Shown here: in pieces, positions 8,101-18,933 of the stretch
Layout: each line of letters starts with the position of its first letter
How positions within the stretch are numbered: position 1 is the stretch's first letter
From: an uncultured Verrucomicrobiota bacterium
GTDB taxonomy: Bacteria; Verrucomicrobiota; Kiritimatiellia; CAIKKV01; CAIJXV01
Length of the DNA: 58,181 bases
Direction: 5' to 3'
NCBI GenBank assembly: GCA_964497135.1
Contig: CAZCDO010000003.1
Coordinates: 1 to 58,181 of the forward strand
Notes under the pieces: model-generated
Told to the model about the DNA's origin: nothing
Database searches by the model: none
Seen by the model: the letters and a program-made list of their open reading frames with translations, nothing else
Program-made: the position numbers and the translations under genes

Positions 8101-9562
8101 AGTCTTCCAGATGTTCGTCGATAATGCGGTTGCCCCCGTCGCGGGCCTGTTGAAGGATGACCGTCTGGTGAGGCCCCGTCCGCTTGATGGCATCCAGATC
8201 CGCTACGCGCACGGTTGACTCTCCGAGCGCAAAATCCGGAGCGACATTTCGCGGGACCCCAAAATCCAACACGATGACCGCATGTCCTCCGGCCGTAACG
8301 GCCCGAAGGTGTTCCGCCGACAGGAGGGGGCCTTCACCCCGGATTGCGCAAACAATGGCATCCTGATTTTGAAGCGCCTCCGGCAGGGCGATCCAGGGAA
8401 AAACGGGAATGTGATCTGTCGGTCCGGAAAATACCGGAACCCGGCTATGGTAACAACAGGAGACCCGGGCCCCTTCCGCCACGAGCCGTTCCACAAGGCC
8501 TTTTCCGATCGTACCTGATCCAATGACCAGGATGCGCCGACCCGGGAGGCCGCCCCATTCGCCGGCGAGATAATCCCGGCAAAGATCCTCGACATCGGCA
8601 CTCCCCAGAATGGGTTGGGTGGCTTGGCGGATAACTTTGCCGATATGCAAGGCGGTACCGACCCAATCCTGCAAAACGCCGGCCGACCATCCGGCCCGGG
8701 CACTCACGTCCAGGGCCGATTTGACCTGGGCGCAAATATGGGTTTCGCCCGGGTTTTGGGAGAGAAGGCCGGCGACCACCTGGGCCAAATGGCGGAACGC
8801 ATCGCGGCCGGTCTGAACATAGATCCGCGCTTCCGGTCGGTCGAACCCGAGGATGCGCCGGACGAGTTGCACGAGGGGCGGGGTTACGGTTGCCAGTGCG
8901 ACGAGTTCGACCCGATTACAGGTACTTAACAGCATGAACTCATGGATCCCCAGCAACTGGCGCAACATCTCCGCGGTTTCATTCAGGCGGTCGCCGGAGA
9001 GGTGCAGGGATTCCCGTTGCGCGAGAGGGGTGAAGCGATGATCGGTGCCGATGACCAGGAGATCCGCCTGACCCAGCGCATCCGCGTGACGGGCGAGACT
9101 CTCCTTGATCAATCTCGAGCGACGGCAGGCGGCGCCACCGGTGGACACGCTGACGGTCAGGTCGCCGCGTTTGAAGCTCGCCGGGGAGATAAAATCGCCG
9201 TTCTCCCAGCCGGTGTCGGGGCAGGCGCATAAAAGGCCCCGCGCTCGACAGCACTCCAGAATACTCCGGTTCAGGGCGGGATTGTCCGTAGCGGTGATGA
9301 CCAGAAAGAGGCCGCGCTCCAAATCCGCTGGAACATAATCGCGCTGGAGAATGCGGACCCCTGACACCGAGCGCAGGGTCTGCACGGAATCGGCGAGTTT
9401 GGGTGCGACGAGGATGACCTCCGCTCCGGCGGTGGCCAGGGCTTCGGCTTTGCGCCCGGCCACGGGGCCGCCGCCCACGACGAGGCACCGCCGGCCTGCG
9501 ACGAGTAAGGCCACCGGCAGGATCGGTTTCGAACGACGGGGGGGATGACCCTTATCCGGCAT
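8063..9562 (-). CDS. hemA: Precorrin-2 dehydrogenase (SirC/CysG N-terminal) fused to glutamyl-tRNA reductase lacking the dimerization domain
   Basis: VVGGGPVAGRK, ATDN, VSTGG; then STCNRVE, GETHICAQVK, GSGTIG, DFGVPRNV. Confidence 0.88.
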   Translation of the reverse strand: MPDKGHPPRRSKPILPVALLVAGRRCLVVGGGPVAGRKAEALATAGAEVILVAPKLADSVQTLRSVSGVRILQRDYVPADLERGLFLVITATDNPALNRSILECCRARGLLCACPDTGWENGDFISPASFKRGDLTVSVSTGGAACRRSRLIKESLARHADALGQADLLVIGTDHRFTPLAQRESLHLSGDRLNETAEMLRQLLGIHEFMLLSTCNRVELVALATVTPPLVQLVRRILGFDRPEARIYVQTGRDAFRHLAQVVAGLLSQNPGETHICAQVKSALDVSARAGWSAGVLQDWVGTALHIGKVIRQATQPILGSADVEDLCRDYLAGEWGGLPGRRILVIGSGTIGKGLVERLVAEGARVSCCYHSRVPVFSGPTDHIPVFPWIALPEALQNQDAIVCAIRGEGPLLSAEHLRAVTAGGHAVIVLDFGVPRNVAPDFALGESTVRVADLDAIKRTGPHQTVILQQARDGGNRIIDEHLEDYERIRTSIQGGN

Positions 9563-9635
9563 GGGATGCCTTGGTTTTTTGGGGCGATGCGCCAGCCATG
9601 GGGGAATCTCCTTTTCCGCAGTTTGTTGGACCTGT

Positions 9636-10577
9636 TTAATCGAAGAGCGAAGTCGATAGATAGCGTTCGCCGGAATCGGGCAGGATGACCACGATGGTTT
9701 TGTCCTTGAATTCCGGTTCCCGGGACAAGCGCGCGGCGACCGCAACGGCAGCGCCACACGAGATGCCCGAAAGCAGGCCTTCCTCGCGAGCCAGTCTGCG
9801 GGCATACTCGAACGCTTCCTCGTTGGATACGGTTTCCAAACGATCCACCAGCGACAGATCGAGCACCTCCGGAACGAATCCGGCCCCGATACCCTGGATC
9901 ATGTGCGGACCGGGTTTCAGCGCCAGGCCGGCCCGGTATTGGGAGAGGATGGGGCTCTGCGCCGGTTCCACCCCCACCGTCAAGAGGGCTTTACCTTTCT
10001 GTTTTTTGATAAAGCGCGAGATCCCGGTGATCGTGCCGCCCGTTCCAATTCCGGCCACGAGCACATCAATTTCACCCTCCGTAGCGTCCCAGATTTCCGG
10101 GCCGGTAGTTCGTTCATGGATGGCCGGATTGGCTGGATTCTTGAATTGCTGGGGCATGAAGATATGGGCCGGATCCTGTGCCGCCAACTCTTCTGCTTTC
10201 GCGATGGCGCCCGCCATGCCTTGGACGGCATCGGTCAGGACGAGTTTGGCGCCAAAGGCCTTCAAAATCTGACGGCGTTCGACGCTCATGGTCTCGGGCA
10301 TAATCAGCGTTACCGGGTAACCCCGCGCCGCGCCGACAAAGGCCAGCGCGATGCCGGTATTGCCGCTGGTGGGTTCAACGATCTCCATGCCCGGCTTGAG
10401 CACGCCCCGTTGCTCGGCGTCCCAGACCATGGCGGCGCCGATGCGGCACTTGACTGAATAGGCGGGATTTCGTCCTTCCACTTTGGCCAGAACCCGCGCC
10501 TGGGTTCCGACCACTCGCCGTAATTGCACCAGCGGTGTGTTGCCGATCGACAACGAATTATCTTCATAGTATGGCAT
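9636..10577 (-). CDS. cysK: Cysteine synthase A
   Basis: [38 protein letters not shown]. Confidence 0.96.
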   Translation of the reverse strand: MPYYEDNSLSIGNTPLVQLRRVVGTQARVLAKVEGRNPAYSVKCRIGAAMVWDAEQRGVLKPGMEIVEPTSGNTGIALAFVGAARGYPVTLIMPETMSVERRQILKAFGAKLVLTDAVQGMAGAIAKAEELAAQDPAHIFMPQQFKNPANPAIHERTTGPEIWDATEGEIDVLVAGIGTGGTITGISRFIKKQKGKALLTVGVEPAQSPILSQYRAGLALKPGPHMIQGIGAGFVPEVLDLSLVDRLETVSNEEAFEYARRLAREEGLLSGISCGAAVAVAARLSREPEFKDKTIVVILPDSGERYLSTSLFD

Positions 10578-10589
10578 GATATTACTCCG

Positions 10590-10616
10590 CGGCGCTTTCG
10601 GCGAAAGCGCCCTACC
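10590..10616. repeat. GTAG-type REP, close match to the RAYT-flanking copy at 5930-5956 (opposite orientation)
   Basis: cggcgctttcggcgaaagcgccctacc. Confidence 0.85.
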
Positions 10617-10662
10617 TATTTGCAATGCGCAACACCCCTGTTTTCCAAACACCTCCCACCGA

Positions 10663-12978
10663 TCACCGTTTCTTTGTCACCACCACCTGCCAATGGCCGT
10701 CGTTGAGTTGTTGGCTATCGCCGACGGCCTGCCCTTCATTTTTGAAACTCACCGGCACATTCCGGATGGGGTCGCCGTCATCGAGAATCAGGGCCAGCGA
10801 ATCCCCGACCTGCATCGATTCCAGTTTCATTTTGGCTTTGACGAAGTTCAGCGGGCAGGCGACGCCGCGGAGGTTGAGTTCAGCCGTCGCAGCGACGGCT
10901 GGGTTGGCGGGCGGGTTCCCGTCCCGCGGAACCGCGTCCGGCGGATGGAAGGTGAGGCTGGCATCGAGGGTTGAAAAGAGCAACTCCACGCGATCGCGCA
11001 AGCGGGCGATGCCGTCGGCCTGGTCGTCGAGAGCGGCTTTCCAGCCTTGGGTGAAGCCGCGGGCGCGGGTCAACACGGCGCGAAACTCTTCCGCCACGAG
11101 GCCGGTTTCGATGAAATGGCGATCGAACTCGCGCAAGACCGTATCAGGGTCCTGGGCATCCACGCCGCGGGTAATCAACAAGGCCCGGGTGGTGGGGAGC
11201 AGGATGTCGAAGGGGCTTTCGGCTTTTTTAGCCACCGCCAAATCCTGCTGGATCACCTCGAAGACGCCGGCCCCGCATTCCCCGGCGCCGCGGCCGGCGA
11301 GTGAGAAATCCTCGGAGGCTTCCCAATCGCGATAGTAATCCGGACGCTCCTCGAACCGGGGCAGGAACGCATGCCGGGCGACCTGTGCTTCGAAATGCGC
11401 CGGGCCCAGCCGGTCGAAATATCCGACAAACGACTCGCCCGGTGCGCGTCCGGATTCAAAATCGGAAGCCAGATCCCGGATGAAGTCCGGCAGGGCGCGG
11501 GCGGGCACCTTGCCCACCGGAGTGCCGAAACGGGCGCCTTCCGCCGTGCACCGCCCCCCGAGCGTGATGTGGTAGGAGGGCACCAACCGGTCATCGGATC
11601 GCTGGGCGGCACCGAAGAGCCCGATGGGGCCGACCGGTTGCTGACCACAGGCGTTGGAGCAACCATTGAGATAAAAATCCATGGCGTCCAACGTCTCGCG
11701 GGCCAGTCCGCTTTGGGACAGCGCGCTGGCGCAAGCCCGGGCGGCATTGCGCGCCAGGCAGATGCCCAGCCGGCAGGTCGAGGCGCCGGCACAGGAGATG
11801 AATCGGTTGAGGGGGGTGGGGGAAAGGACGTCCGTTTCCAGGGACCGCAGCCCAGCAACCAGGTCTGGAAGATCGGCGAGATTCACAGAGCGGATGAGTA
11901 GATTTTGGGCCCGCGTCGTGCGCAAGCCCAATTCCCGGCTGAAGCGCGCGGCGAGTTCCCCGATGCGCGCCAGATCCGAGGCCGGCAGGAAACCCATCGG
12001 CAGATACAGCGGCACGGCCACTTCGTTGGCCTGGCGCTGGGGAATCACCCGGATCCCGTTCTGAAGGACCGGGGTTGGAGGGGTCGGATGGGGATCGTCC
12101 GAGCGGGCATCCAGGTCCAGGCGCCCCTTCCATTCCGGAACTCCCGCCCGGATGACTTCGGCCAGGCGTTCGGCGAACAACCGCCGGAATTCGTCCACAC
12201 CGAGGCGGTTGAAGACGAATCGCAGGCGGGCTTTGTGCCGATTTGTCCGGTCTCCGAACTGATCGAACAACCGGCGGACTGTCTCGGCCACGCGGATGAT
12301 TTCGGTGGCGGGCGTCCAATCGAGGAGCCCGTCGGCGATTCTGGATTGAGCGCCCATGCCGCCGCCGGCCAGAACGCGAAAGCCGGGTTGTCCATTGCGG
12401 ACGGCCGCGATGAAGCCCAGGTCGCAGACCTGGGCCAGGGCACAATCGGCGGAACATCCGCTGAAGGCGATTTTATATTTGCGTGGAAGATTGTAACTCC
12501 CGACAAGGGCAATGAGATATTCAGTGACCGCGTGGGCGCAGGGGGTGACATCGAACCGTTCCAGGGGGCAGATGCCGGCGTAGGGGCAGGCGGCGACATT
12601 TCGCACCGTATTGCCCCCGCCGCCCTTGCTCGTCAGTCCCACGGGCAGCAGGCGGCGCATGACAACGGGAGTGTTTTCGATGGCGACATCATGAAACTGC
12701 AGATCCTGACGGGTGGTGACGTGCAGCAGGCCGTTCCCGAATTCCCGGCTCAAAGCGGCCACTGCGCCGGCTTGAGCGGCCGTGACCGTGCCGGCGGCCA
12801 CCCGGACGCGAACCATGAACGTGCCATCTTGGCGTTGCTCATAAACGCCCCGGGGAACCCGTTTGGCCTTGAGCACGGAGGCGGGGATTTCGCCGGCCAG
12901 AAAGCGGCGGACTTCGCCTTCATACGTATCAATATCCGCTGCCAGATCGGCCGGAAGGTTATAGTAACCCGTTGTCAT
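10663..12978 (-). CDS. Siroheme-[4Fe-4S] sulfite reductase with C-terminal TusA/SirA domain
   Basis: TTRQDLQ, NLPRKYK, CPYAGIC..GCSADC, CAGASTC..GCSNACG; C-terminal [12 protein letters not shown] (TusA-like). Confidence 0.9.
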   Translation of the reverse strand: MTTGYYNLPADLAADIDTYEGEVRRFLAGEIPASVLKAKRVPRGVYEQRQDGTFMVRVRVAAGTVTAAQAGAVAALSREFGNGLLHVTTRQDLQFHDVAIENTPVVMRRLLPVGLTSKGGGGNTVRNVAACPYAGICPLERFDVTPCAHAVTEYLIALVGSYNLPRKYKIAFSGCSADCALAQVCDLGFIAAVRNGQPGFRVLAGGGMGAQSRIADGLLDWTPATEIIRVAETVRRLFDQFGDRTNRHKARLRFVFNRLGVDEFRRLFAERLAEVIRAGVPEWKGRLDLDARSDDPHPTPPTPVLQNGIRVIPQRQANEVAVPLYLPMGFLPASDLARIGELAARFSRELGLRTTRAQNLLIRSVNLADLPDLVAGLRSLETDVLSPTPLNRFISCAGASTCRLGICLARNAARACASALSQSGLARETLDAMDFYLNGCSNACGQQPVGPIGLFGAAQRSDDRLVPSYHITLGGRCTAEGARFGTPVGKVPARALPDFIRDLASDFESGRAPGESFVGYFDRLGPAHFEAQVARHAFLPRFEERPDYYRDWEASEDFSLAGRGAGECGAGVFEVIQQDLAVAKKAESPFDILLPTTRALLITRGVDAQDPDTVLREFDRHFIETGLVAEEFRAVLTRARGFTQGWKAALDDQADGIARLRDRVELLFSTLDASLTFHPPDAVPRDGNPPANPAVAATAELNLRGVACPLNFVKAKMKLESMQVGDSLALILDDGDPIRNVPVSFKNEGQAVGDSQQLNDGHWQVVVTKKR

Positions 12979-13403
12979 GGTGTATCCTTATTCTTCTCGC
13001 AGTCGACCAGGGTGAGTTCCACCGTTTCCGCCTGCCCGTTGTGAAGGGTAAAACCCCGCAAATCCGGTGCCGACGGAACGGCCAGCGACACGATAAGATA
13101 GACCGTTTCCGGTGTGAAGGCCAGTCGCAGATCTTCGTCGGACATTCGCGCCGGGGTGGCGGGATGGCTATGCCAGATGGCGAGCAAACGGGAATCGTGG
13201 GTGCGCATATTTTTGACGGCGGCAAATTGTTCTTCGGGGAGCATGCGGTAATGTTCGCCCGAGGCATCGGCGTTGGTGAGTTCATAAAAACGAGTCACCT
13301 GTCCCGCGGTTCCCCCGCACAGGCCACAGGCTTCCAACGGAGCCGCCCGGCGGGCGGCCCGGACGATGGATTCAAAGACTGGTCGGTCGATTTTTAGATG
13401 CAT
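12975..13403 (-). CDS. JAMM/MPN+ (M67) metallopeptidase, HcyD/Mec-like
   Basis: PLEACGL and HSHPATPARMSDED (HxH-x7-S-x2-D). Confidence 0.9.
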   Translation of the reverse strand: MHLKIDRPVFESIVRAARRAAPLEACGLCGGTAGQVTRFYELTNADASGEHYRMLPEEQFAAVKNMRTHDSRLLAIWHSHPATPARMSDEDLRLAFTPETVYLIVSLAVPSAPDLRGFTLHNGQAETVELTLVDCEKNKDTP

Positions 13404-13413
13404 AGGGATCTTC

Positions 13414-14238
13414 TCACACCGGGCACCGTTCGCCCGGTTTGCAGGCGCAGGCGGCCGGCGTCTCGTCCTCCAATTCCATGATCGTCGGGGCCTCACCGCA
13501 TAGCGGGCATTTGGGATTACGCTTTAACGGGATATTCCGGAAAGAGGCCCGCAAGGCCTGATAGATCAGAAGATGATTCGTTAATAAATCGCCCTGACCC
13601 AGCAGGAATTTGATCGCTTCCGTGGCCTGGAGCGTGCCCATCACCCCCGCCAGCACGCCCAGGACGCCGGCCTGCGAGCAGGAGGGGACGGCCCCGGCCG
13701 GGGGCGGGGCGGTGAAGACACAGCGATAGCAGGTGGTCACGCCCGGGCGAACGGTCATCAGTTGCCCATCGAATTTCAGGATGCCGGCGTGCGCATAAGG
13801 TTTGCCGGCAAAATGACAGGCGTCGGCCACGAGAAACTTCGAGGCGAAGTTGTCCGTTCCATCGATGACGAAGTCATAGTCGCACAAAATGGCGAGGGCA
13901 TTGGCTGCCGTCAGTCGTTCCCGATAAGATTGGATCGTGACATCCGGGTTGAGCGCCCTGAATTTTTCAGCGGCTGAGTCAACCTTGGGCCTGCCAATAT
14001 CCGGGGTGGCATGCGCGATTTGGCGTTGGAGATTACTGAGATCAACCACGTCGGCATCCATGATCCCGAGGGTGCCCACACCCGCGGCTGCGAGATACAG
14101 GCCCGCCGGACAACCCAAGCCGCCGGCGCCGACCAGCAACACCCGGCCGGCCAGGAGTTTTTCCTGGCCCTGGCCTCCCACTTCAGGAAGGAGGATATGG
14201 CGCGAATAGCGTTCGATCTGTGAGTCTGTCAGATTCAT
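13414..14238 (-). CDS. MoeB/ThiF-family sulfur-carrier adenylyltransferase
   Basis: RYSRH, GAGGLG, SNLQRQ, DGTDNF, CYRC, CPLC. Confidence 0.93.
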   Translation of the reverse strand: MNLTDSQIERYSRHILLPEVGGQGQEKLLAGRVLLVGAGGLGCPAGLYLAAAGVGTLGIMDADVVDLSNLQRQIAHATPDIGRPKVDSAAEKFRALNPDVTIQSYRERLTAANALAILCDYDFVIDGTDNFASKFLVADACHFAGKPYAHAGILKFDGQLMTVRPGVTTCYRCVFTAPPPAGAVPSCSQAGVLGVLAGVMGTLQATEAIKFLLGQGDLLTNHLLIYQALRASFRNIPLKRNPKCPLCGEAPTIMELEDETPAACACKPGERCPV

Positions 14239-14364
14239 GTGGTTTGGTCCTTTCTTTCGGTTTTTGTGCGGCATCCGCATAATAACGGGAAGCACGTCCA
14301 TCTGTTTCTGGTGTCGTTACATTCTTTGCGTTGCTCACCGTTGTGGCCTTTGTATTAAAAATCC

Positions 14365-14419
14365 CCTTCGATAAACTCAGGGCTGGTCCGCCCGAGGACG
14401 GCGACACGCCGTCCCTCCC
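14365..14419. repeat. Free copy of the 24-nt ccttcga..ctcagggc element next to a GGAG-type REP hairpin
   Basis: ccttcgataaactcagggctgg; ggacggcgacacgccgtccctccc (related hairpin at 43193-43216). Confidence 0.65.
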
Positions 14420-14450
14420 TTTCTGAAGCCAACAACCAACACCTGTCACC

Positions 14451-14675
14451 TCAAACCTTTGCCTCTCCGTCGGCGCCGCCGCCCATGAAATAGAGGAACT
14501 CGAGCCGGTCGCCTTCCTTGAGCACGGTGGACTCGAAGGTTTTACGTTCCAAAATTTCGCCGTTCAGTTCCACGGTCACCATATCCGGCATCTTCACCTG
14601 TTGATGGGCCAGCAAGGCCGTCACGGATAAATCAGCCGGCACTTCGGTCGTCGCAGCGTTCACATTAATTTTCAT
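14451..14675 (-). CDS. ThiS/HcyS-like ubiquitin-fold sulfur carrier with C-terminal extension
   Basis: VELNGEI..LKEGDRLEFLYFMGGG followed by ADGEAKV. Confidence 0.9.
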   Translation of the reverse strand: MKINVNAATTEVPADLSVTALLAHQQVKMPDMVTVELNGEILERKTFESTVLKEGDRLEFLYFMGGGADGEAKV

Positions 14676-14777
14676 CGTCAGACCTTTCTCCTGCATGTTT
14701 CAGACCTGTTTCCATCCACCCCTCCGCCCAGCCGGGCCCACGGTCCAGCGTTTTGCGGAACTGGCATTGGCTGTCCG

Positions 14778-15500
14778 CTACAAACCGAGCCCGAATATCA
14801 GCCGGCTTTGCAGATCAGCCGCTTCATCATCCAAACCGCACAATACACCGACGGCAAGGAAATACCTATTCTTCCGCAGGGAAACCGTCGGGCCGACGGC
14901 GTATCCCCCCTCGCTATAATTGCCCGTCGCTTCGATACCTGCGTGAAAAGTCGGGCATACCTCATAACCCAGCCCGGCTGCGAACTTGTGCTCCGCTTCG
15001 CCGATGTCGTCCAGGGGCCATTCAAAGACCTGGTTGTAGCTCACGTTGAAATGCCGGATGGTCTTCGCGAGGATGATCTTCATTTCACCAACATCCGCCG
15101 CGGCGAGGTCGGAGGCCCGTTTGTATTCTGCATAAAAGAGTAAGTCCAGCGGCAGCGCATCCTGTTCCGCGACGCGGTACCGGGTCCGCAGCTTGAATCC
15201 ATCGTAGTCGAAATCGTCTGATTCCGCTGTCCGGTCCTCCTGCCAGACCTGGTAAAGCGCGAGGTCCCAGCGTGGCGTGACGCCGTACTCGATCTCGACC
15301 TGGTGTTGCCACGAGCTGGTCTCCCGCTCGGAGGTATCCGGGACCTTGGCGGTGAGGTAATACTCCAGTTCCGCAGCGCCCTCGGGCATGGTCATGTACT
15401 CGTACGTCCACACGTAGGACCGCGCGTCCGCCCACGATTCCCCGGCGCCGGTCACCATGAGCATCACCGCCACGACACTCGTTACCACATTCTTCCTCAT
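14778..15500 (-). CDS. Putative outer-membrane beta-barrel protein
   Basis: Signal peptide ending SWA-D; alternating aromatic beta strands (ELEYY, EIEYGVT, LLFYAEY); ends RLIFGLGL. Confidence 0.6.
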   Translation of the reverse strand: MRKNVVTSVVAVMLMVTGAGESWADARSYVWTYEYMTMPEGAAELEYYLTAKVPDTSERETSSWQHQVEIEYGVTPRWDLALYQVWQEDRTAESDDFDYDGFKLRTRYRVAEQDALPLDLLFYAEYKRASDLAAADVGEMKIILAKTIRHFNVSYNQVFEWPLDDIGEAEHKFAAGLGYEVCPTFHAGIEATGNYSEGGYAVGPTVSLRKNRYFLAVGVLCGLDDEAADLQSRLIFGLGL

Positions 15501-15571
15501 CTGTATTTGGTCCTTTCTTTCCGGCCGTATTTCGACCTTTGAAGTTGCATTTCGACCAACCCGTCTCGCTA

Positions 15572-16822
15572 TCATACGGCCGCCAAACCCGTTTCAATGT
15601 CGCCCAGAATATCCGCCGGATCCTCGATGCCGATCGACAGCCGCACCAAATCATCTGAAACGCCCACCGCCTGGCGCTCGGCGTCCGACAAATCGCGGCA
15701 GAAGGTGGAGGCCGGGTGAATGACCAGGGTCCGGGCATCGCCGAGGTTGGCGAGATTCTGCGCGAGTTTGAGCCCATTGATGAATCGGAAACATTGGGCC
15801 TTGTTGTCGAGACGCAGGGTCAACACCGCGCCATACCGTCCAGCGAACTGGCGGAGCGCCACGGGATGATCGGGATGGCCGGCCAGGCCGGGATAGCGCA
15901 CGCCCCGGACGCGGGGGTGGTCCGCCAGGAAACGGGCGACCCGGGCGGCATTGGCGCAATGGCGCTCCATGCGGACCCCGAGCGATTCAACGCCGATGGA
16001 CATCAGGAACGCATTGAACGGGGACAGGCAGGCGCCGAGATCGCGGCAGATCTGGTTTCGGAGGCAGGCCAGGAAGGCCATTTCCCGGGCCCGTTTATAG
16101 AAGGGGTTCAAATGGACATACCGGGGATGGGACCAGTCAAAGGTTCCGCTGTCGACAATGATTCCGCCGATCGCGTTGCCATGGCCATTGATGAATTTGG
16201 AGGTGGAATGAATCACCAGATCGGCGCCGAGGGTTTTCGGCTGTAGCAGCAACGGGGTCGTGAGGGTATTATCCACAACGAGGACGACGCCCGTTTCCCG
16301 GGCGACTGCCGCGAGAGCGGCGAGATCGGGCACATCCAGTTTTGGATTTCCGACGGTTTCGACGAAGATCAGGCGGGTACGATCCGTGATGGCCTGCCGA
16401 TAGGCGTCGACATCGGTGGCCTCGACAAAGCGTGTGGTGATTCCGGTGCGGCCGAGCGTCTGGCGGAACAGGGAATAGGTTCCGCCGAAAATGCTGTTGC
16501 CGGAAACTATTTCATCCCCGGCTCCGGCGAGCGCGAGAACGGTGGCGCTGATGGCGGCCATGCCCGAGGCACAGGCGACGGCGCCGAGTCCGTCTTCCAA
16601 GAGGGCCAGGCGGCGTTCAAACTGGGTGACCGTGGGATTCGAGATCCGCGAATAGACGTAGCCGGGTTCACGTCCGGCGAAGACGGCCTCGAGTTCCTCG
16701 GCGGTGGCATAGGCAAAGGACGCGGTCTGGAAAATTGGAATGGCAGTTGCGCCGGTTTCGGATTCCGGTTTAAAGGCGCCGTGCAGAACCTGGGTATCAG
16801 GATGGAATTGGGAAGCACTCAT
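15572..16822 (-). CDS. O-acetylhomoserine aminocarboxypropyltransferase (MetY/MetZ family)
   Basis: YSRISNPT, ASGMAA, VDNT, HSTSKF (PLP Lys), NLGD, RLSIGIED. Confidence 0.92.
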   Translation of the reverse strand: MSASQFHPDTQVLHGAFKPESETGATAIPIFQTASFAYATAEELEAVFAGREPGYVYSRISNPTVTQFERRLALLEDGLGAVACASGMAAISATVLALAGAGDEIVSGNSIFGGTYSLFRQTLGRTGITTRFVEATDVDAYRQAITDRTRLIFVETVGNPKLDVPDLAALAAVARETGVVLVVDNTLTTPLLLQPKTLGADLVIHSTSKFINGHGNAIGGIIVDSGTFDWSHPRYVHLNPFYKRAREMAFLACLRNQICRDLGACLSPFNAFLMSIGVESLGVRMERHCANAARVARFLADHPRVRGVRYPGLAGHPDHPVALRQFAGRYGAVLTLRLDNKAQCFRFINGLKLAQNLANLGDARTLVIHPASTFCRDLSDAERQAVGVSDDLVRLSIGIEDPADILGDIETGLAAV

Positions 16823-17079
16823 TAGCCCCCTCCTTGAGCCGATGCCGGGTCTTGATGGGCGAGGCCCCAAGCCACACGATGCCAGGCCCGTTCGTGAAAA
16901 TAGAAGGCAACAATCTTGATCGCCGAGTCGATCAGGCTGATGCTCAGGCCGATCCGCAAAGAACCGGTGATCCACCAGCCAACCAGGCAGGTTCCCAACG
17001 TGCCGGCCAAGCGCCAGGTCATGGCCTTGACGATACTCCGGCGACGCAACTCAACGGGGAAGGCCAAAACGGTTTTCAT
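16822..17079 (-). CDS. DUF2061-like small membrane protein
   Basis: [10 protein letters not shown] and FYFHERAW; coupled to cysN and metY. Confidence 0.8.
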   Translation of the reverse strand: MKTVLAFPVELRRRSIVKAMTWRLAGTLGTCLVGWWITGSLRIGLSISLIDSAIKIVAFYFHERAWHRVAWGLAHQDPASAQGGG

Positions 17080-18884
17080 ATGCTGTACTCCAGGATGACG
17101 TTCTTTTGTTTCAACAGATCGCAGACGGCTTCTACCCCGTTGCCCAACAGGGAGTCGACCGCGAGGGTCAGGCTGGGCTGGAAGTTAACGAACGGGTTTT
17201 CGCCGATGTGGATCGTTAGGATCTCGTTGGGGCTGTTCAGGAGCGTCAATGTTTGGAGGTCGTAATCATCGACGTTGGCGAGGGAGGTAATGAAAATCTG
17301 GCCGGAGTCGGTAAAGATCCGGGCCAGTTCGCCCAGCCGCCGGATGTGATCGTCACGGAGGTCGCCCTCGGCGGCCAGGTCCGCATCCAGGCCGCGGGTG
17401 ACATTTTCCAGGCCGAGGTAGTAGGCTTTAAAGTTCAGGGCGAAGAGTTTCCGTTCCAGGGCCCGGGCATAGGCCTCGCCGGTCGATTCGTCCGTTCCGG
17501 TAAAGACCACGAATTTGGAGCCATGTCCATAGGTGGCGGTCCGTTCGCTGGGGGAAATGGCACTGTTTTTCCAGGCGCGTTCACGGGTGCGGATATGGTC
17601 CTGCAAGGTGGAATCCCGGGTGGTCAACGCGGCGAGGATGATGCCGGCGCCCGCGATTTCATGGTTGTCCACAATCACCAGCCGGCCGGTTTGTTCAATG
17701 TCCCCCACCACATCAAAGGCAACCGGCTTCGGGGTCTCGAGGATCACTTCCGCGACATCGTGCCGGTCCACCTGTTGTTTGTTGGCCACGGTGCCGAGTT
17801 CGGTGGCATCGAGCACCGCCAGCACCTCCACCAGTTTGACCGGGGAGCGCAGGGCCCCCAGCTTCAATTTATAGGTTTTTTCCCGGATCATCGGGGCGTG
17901 GCCCATCCAGAACAGATTCACGCGAAAACGCGTGCCCACCTGCAACGGCGGTTCGCCCTGCTTGACCATCCATTCGCCGGGCTTGATATAGAGTTGGGTG
18001 TCGAGGGTGAAACCCGGGGCCTGGCCGGCCACGGCGGTCGGCTGAACCGGGCCGTTGAAATATTCGATGGATTGGATCCGCGAAACTTTGCCGGAGGGTT
18101 GAAAGACGACGGGATCGCCGGTGTTGATCGAGCCGGTTTCGATGGTTCCGGCCACAATCCGGCGTTCGTCGCCCTGTTCGGTGAATTTGTAAACATCCTG
18201 AACCGGCAGACGGAAGGGCAGGGTCTCGGGAAATTCCTTCCGGTGAAAGCGGTCGATTTGCTCCAAAACCGTCGGCCCCGTGTACCAGGCGGTCTCGGGT
18301 GACCGGGCGGCAATGTTGGCACCGGACAACCCGCTGACGGGAATGAAGCTTACCGGCTGGAGGCCCAACCGGCCGAGGAATGCGTGGTAGTCCTCGCGGA
18401 TGGTCTCAAAGACGCGCTGATCGTATTGCACGAGGTCCATTTTATTCACGAGGACCGAGAGTTGCCGGAGGCCCAGCATGGAGAGCATGTAGCCATGCCG
18501 CTTGGTATTTTCGCGAATGCCCTCCTTGGCATCGATGACCAGCAGGGCGGCTTCCGCACGTGACGCGCCGGTGATCATGTTTTTCAGGAACTCGATGTGA
18601 CCGGGTGCATCGATCAGGATATAGGGGCGTTGGGCGGTCCGGAAAAAGCAGCGCGCCGCATCGATTGTGATCCCCTGGGCCTGTTCATCCTTGAGGGCAT
18701 CCAGCAGGAAGGCATATTCGAACGGTTTGGCATTCCGGCGGCAGAGATCGCGAATCTGTTCGAGCTTGCCTTTCGGCAAGGCCCCGGTTTCGGCCAAAAG
18801 CCGGCCGATGACCGTGCTTTTGCCGTGATCGACATGGCCCGCCATCACGATGCTGATCTGTTCGTTTTGTTCCAACGCTTGCAT
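17076..18884 (-). CDS. cysN: Sulfate adenylyltransferase large subunit with degenerate APS-kinase-like C-terminal domain
   Basis: [30 protein letters not shown]; C-terminal region resembles CysC but lacks GxxGxGKS. Confidence 0.9.
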   Translation of the reverse strand: MQALEQNEQISIVMAGHVDHGKSTVIGRLLAETGALPKGKLEQIRDLCRRNAKPFEYAFLLDALKDEQAQGITIDAARCFFRTAQRPYILIDAPGHIEFLKNMITGASRAEAALLVIDAKEGIRENTKRHGYMLSMLGLRQLSVLVNKMDLVQYDQRVFETIREDYHAFLGRLGLQPVSFIPVSGLSGANIAARSPETAWYTGPTVLEQIDRFHRKEFPETLPFRLPVQDVYKFTEQGDERRIVAGTIETGSINTGDPVVFQPSGKVSRIQSIEYFNGPVQPTAVAGQAPGFTLDTQLYIKPGEWMVKQGEPPLQVGTRFRVNLFWMGHAPMIREKTYKLKLGALRSPVKLVEVLAVLDATELGTVANKQQVDRHDVAEVILETPKPVAFDVVGDIEQTGRLVIVDNHEIAGAGIILAALTTRDSTLQDHIRTRERAWKNSAISPSERTATYGHGSKFVVFTGTDESTGEAYARALERKLFALNFKAYYLGLENVTRGLDADLAAEGDLRDDHIRRLGELARIFTDSGQIFITSLANVDDYDLQTLTLLNSPNEILTIHIGENPFVNFQPSLTLAVDSLLGNGVEAVCDLLKQKNVILEYSI

Positions 18885-18933
18885 AGGTATCATCCTTTAT
18901 CCGAGCCCCCACGCGCTCACCTGACCGCTTTGC

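Noticed and set aside
11905-13044. Long antisense ORFs here and at 17253-18302, 27813-28721, 31749-32753 and 44613-45701
   Set aside because: Shadow ORFs of GC-rich genes on the opposite strand, with no motifs
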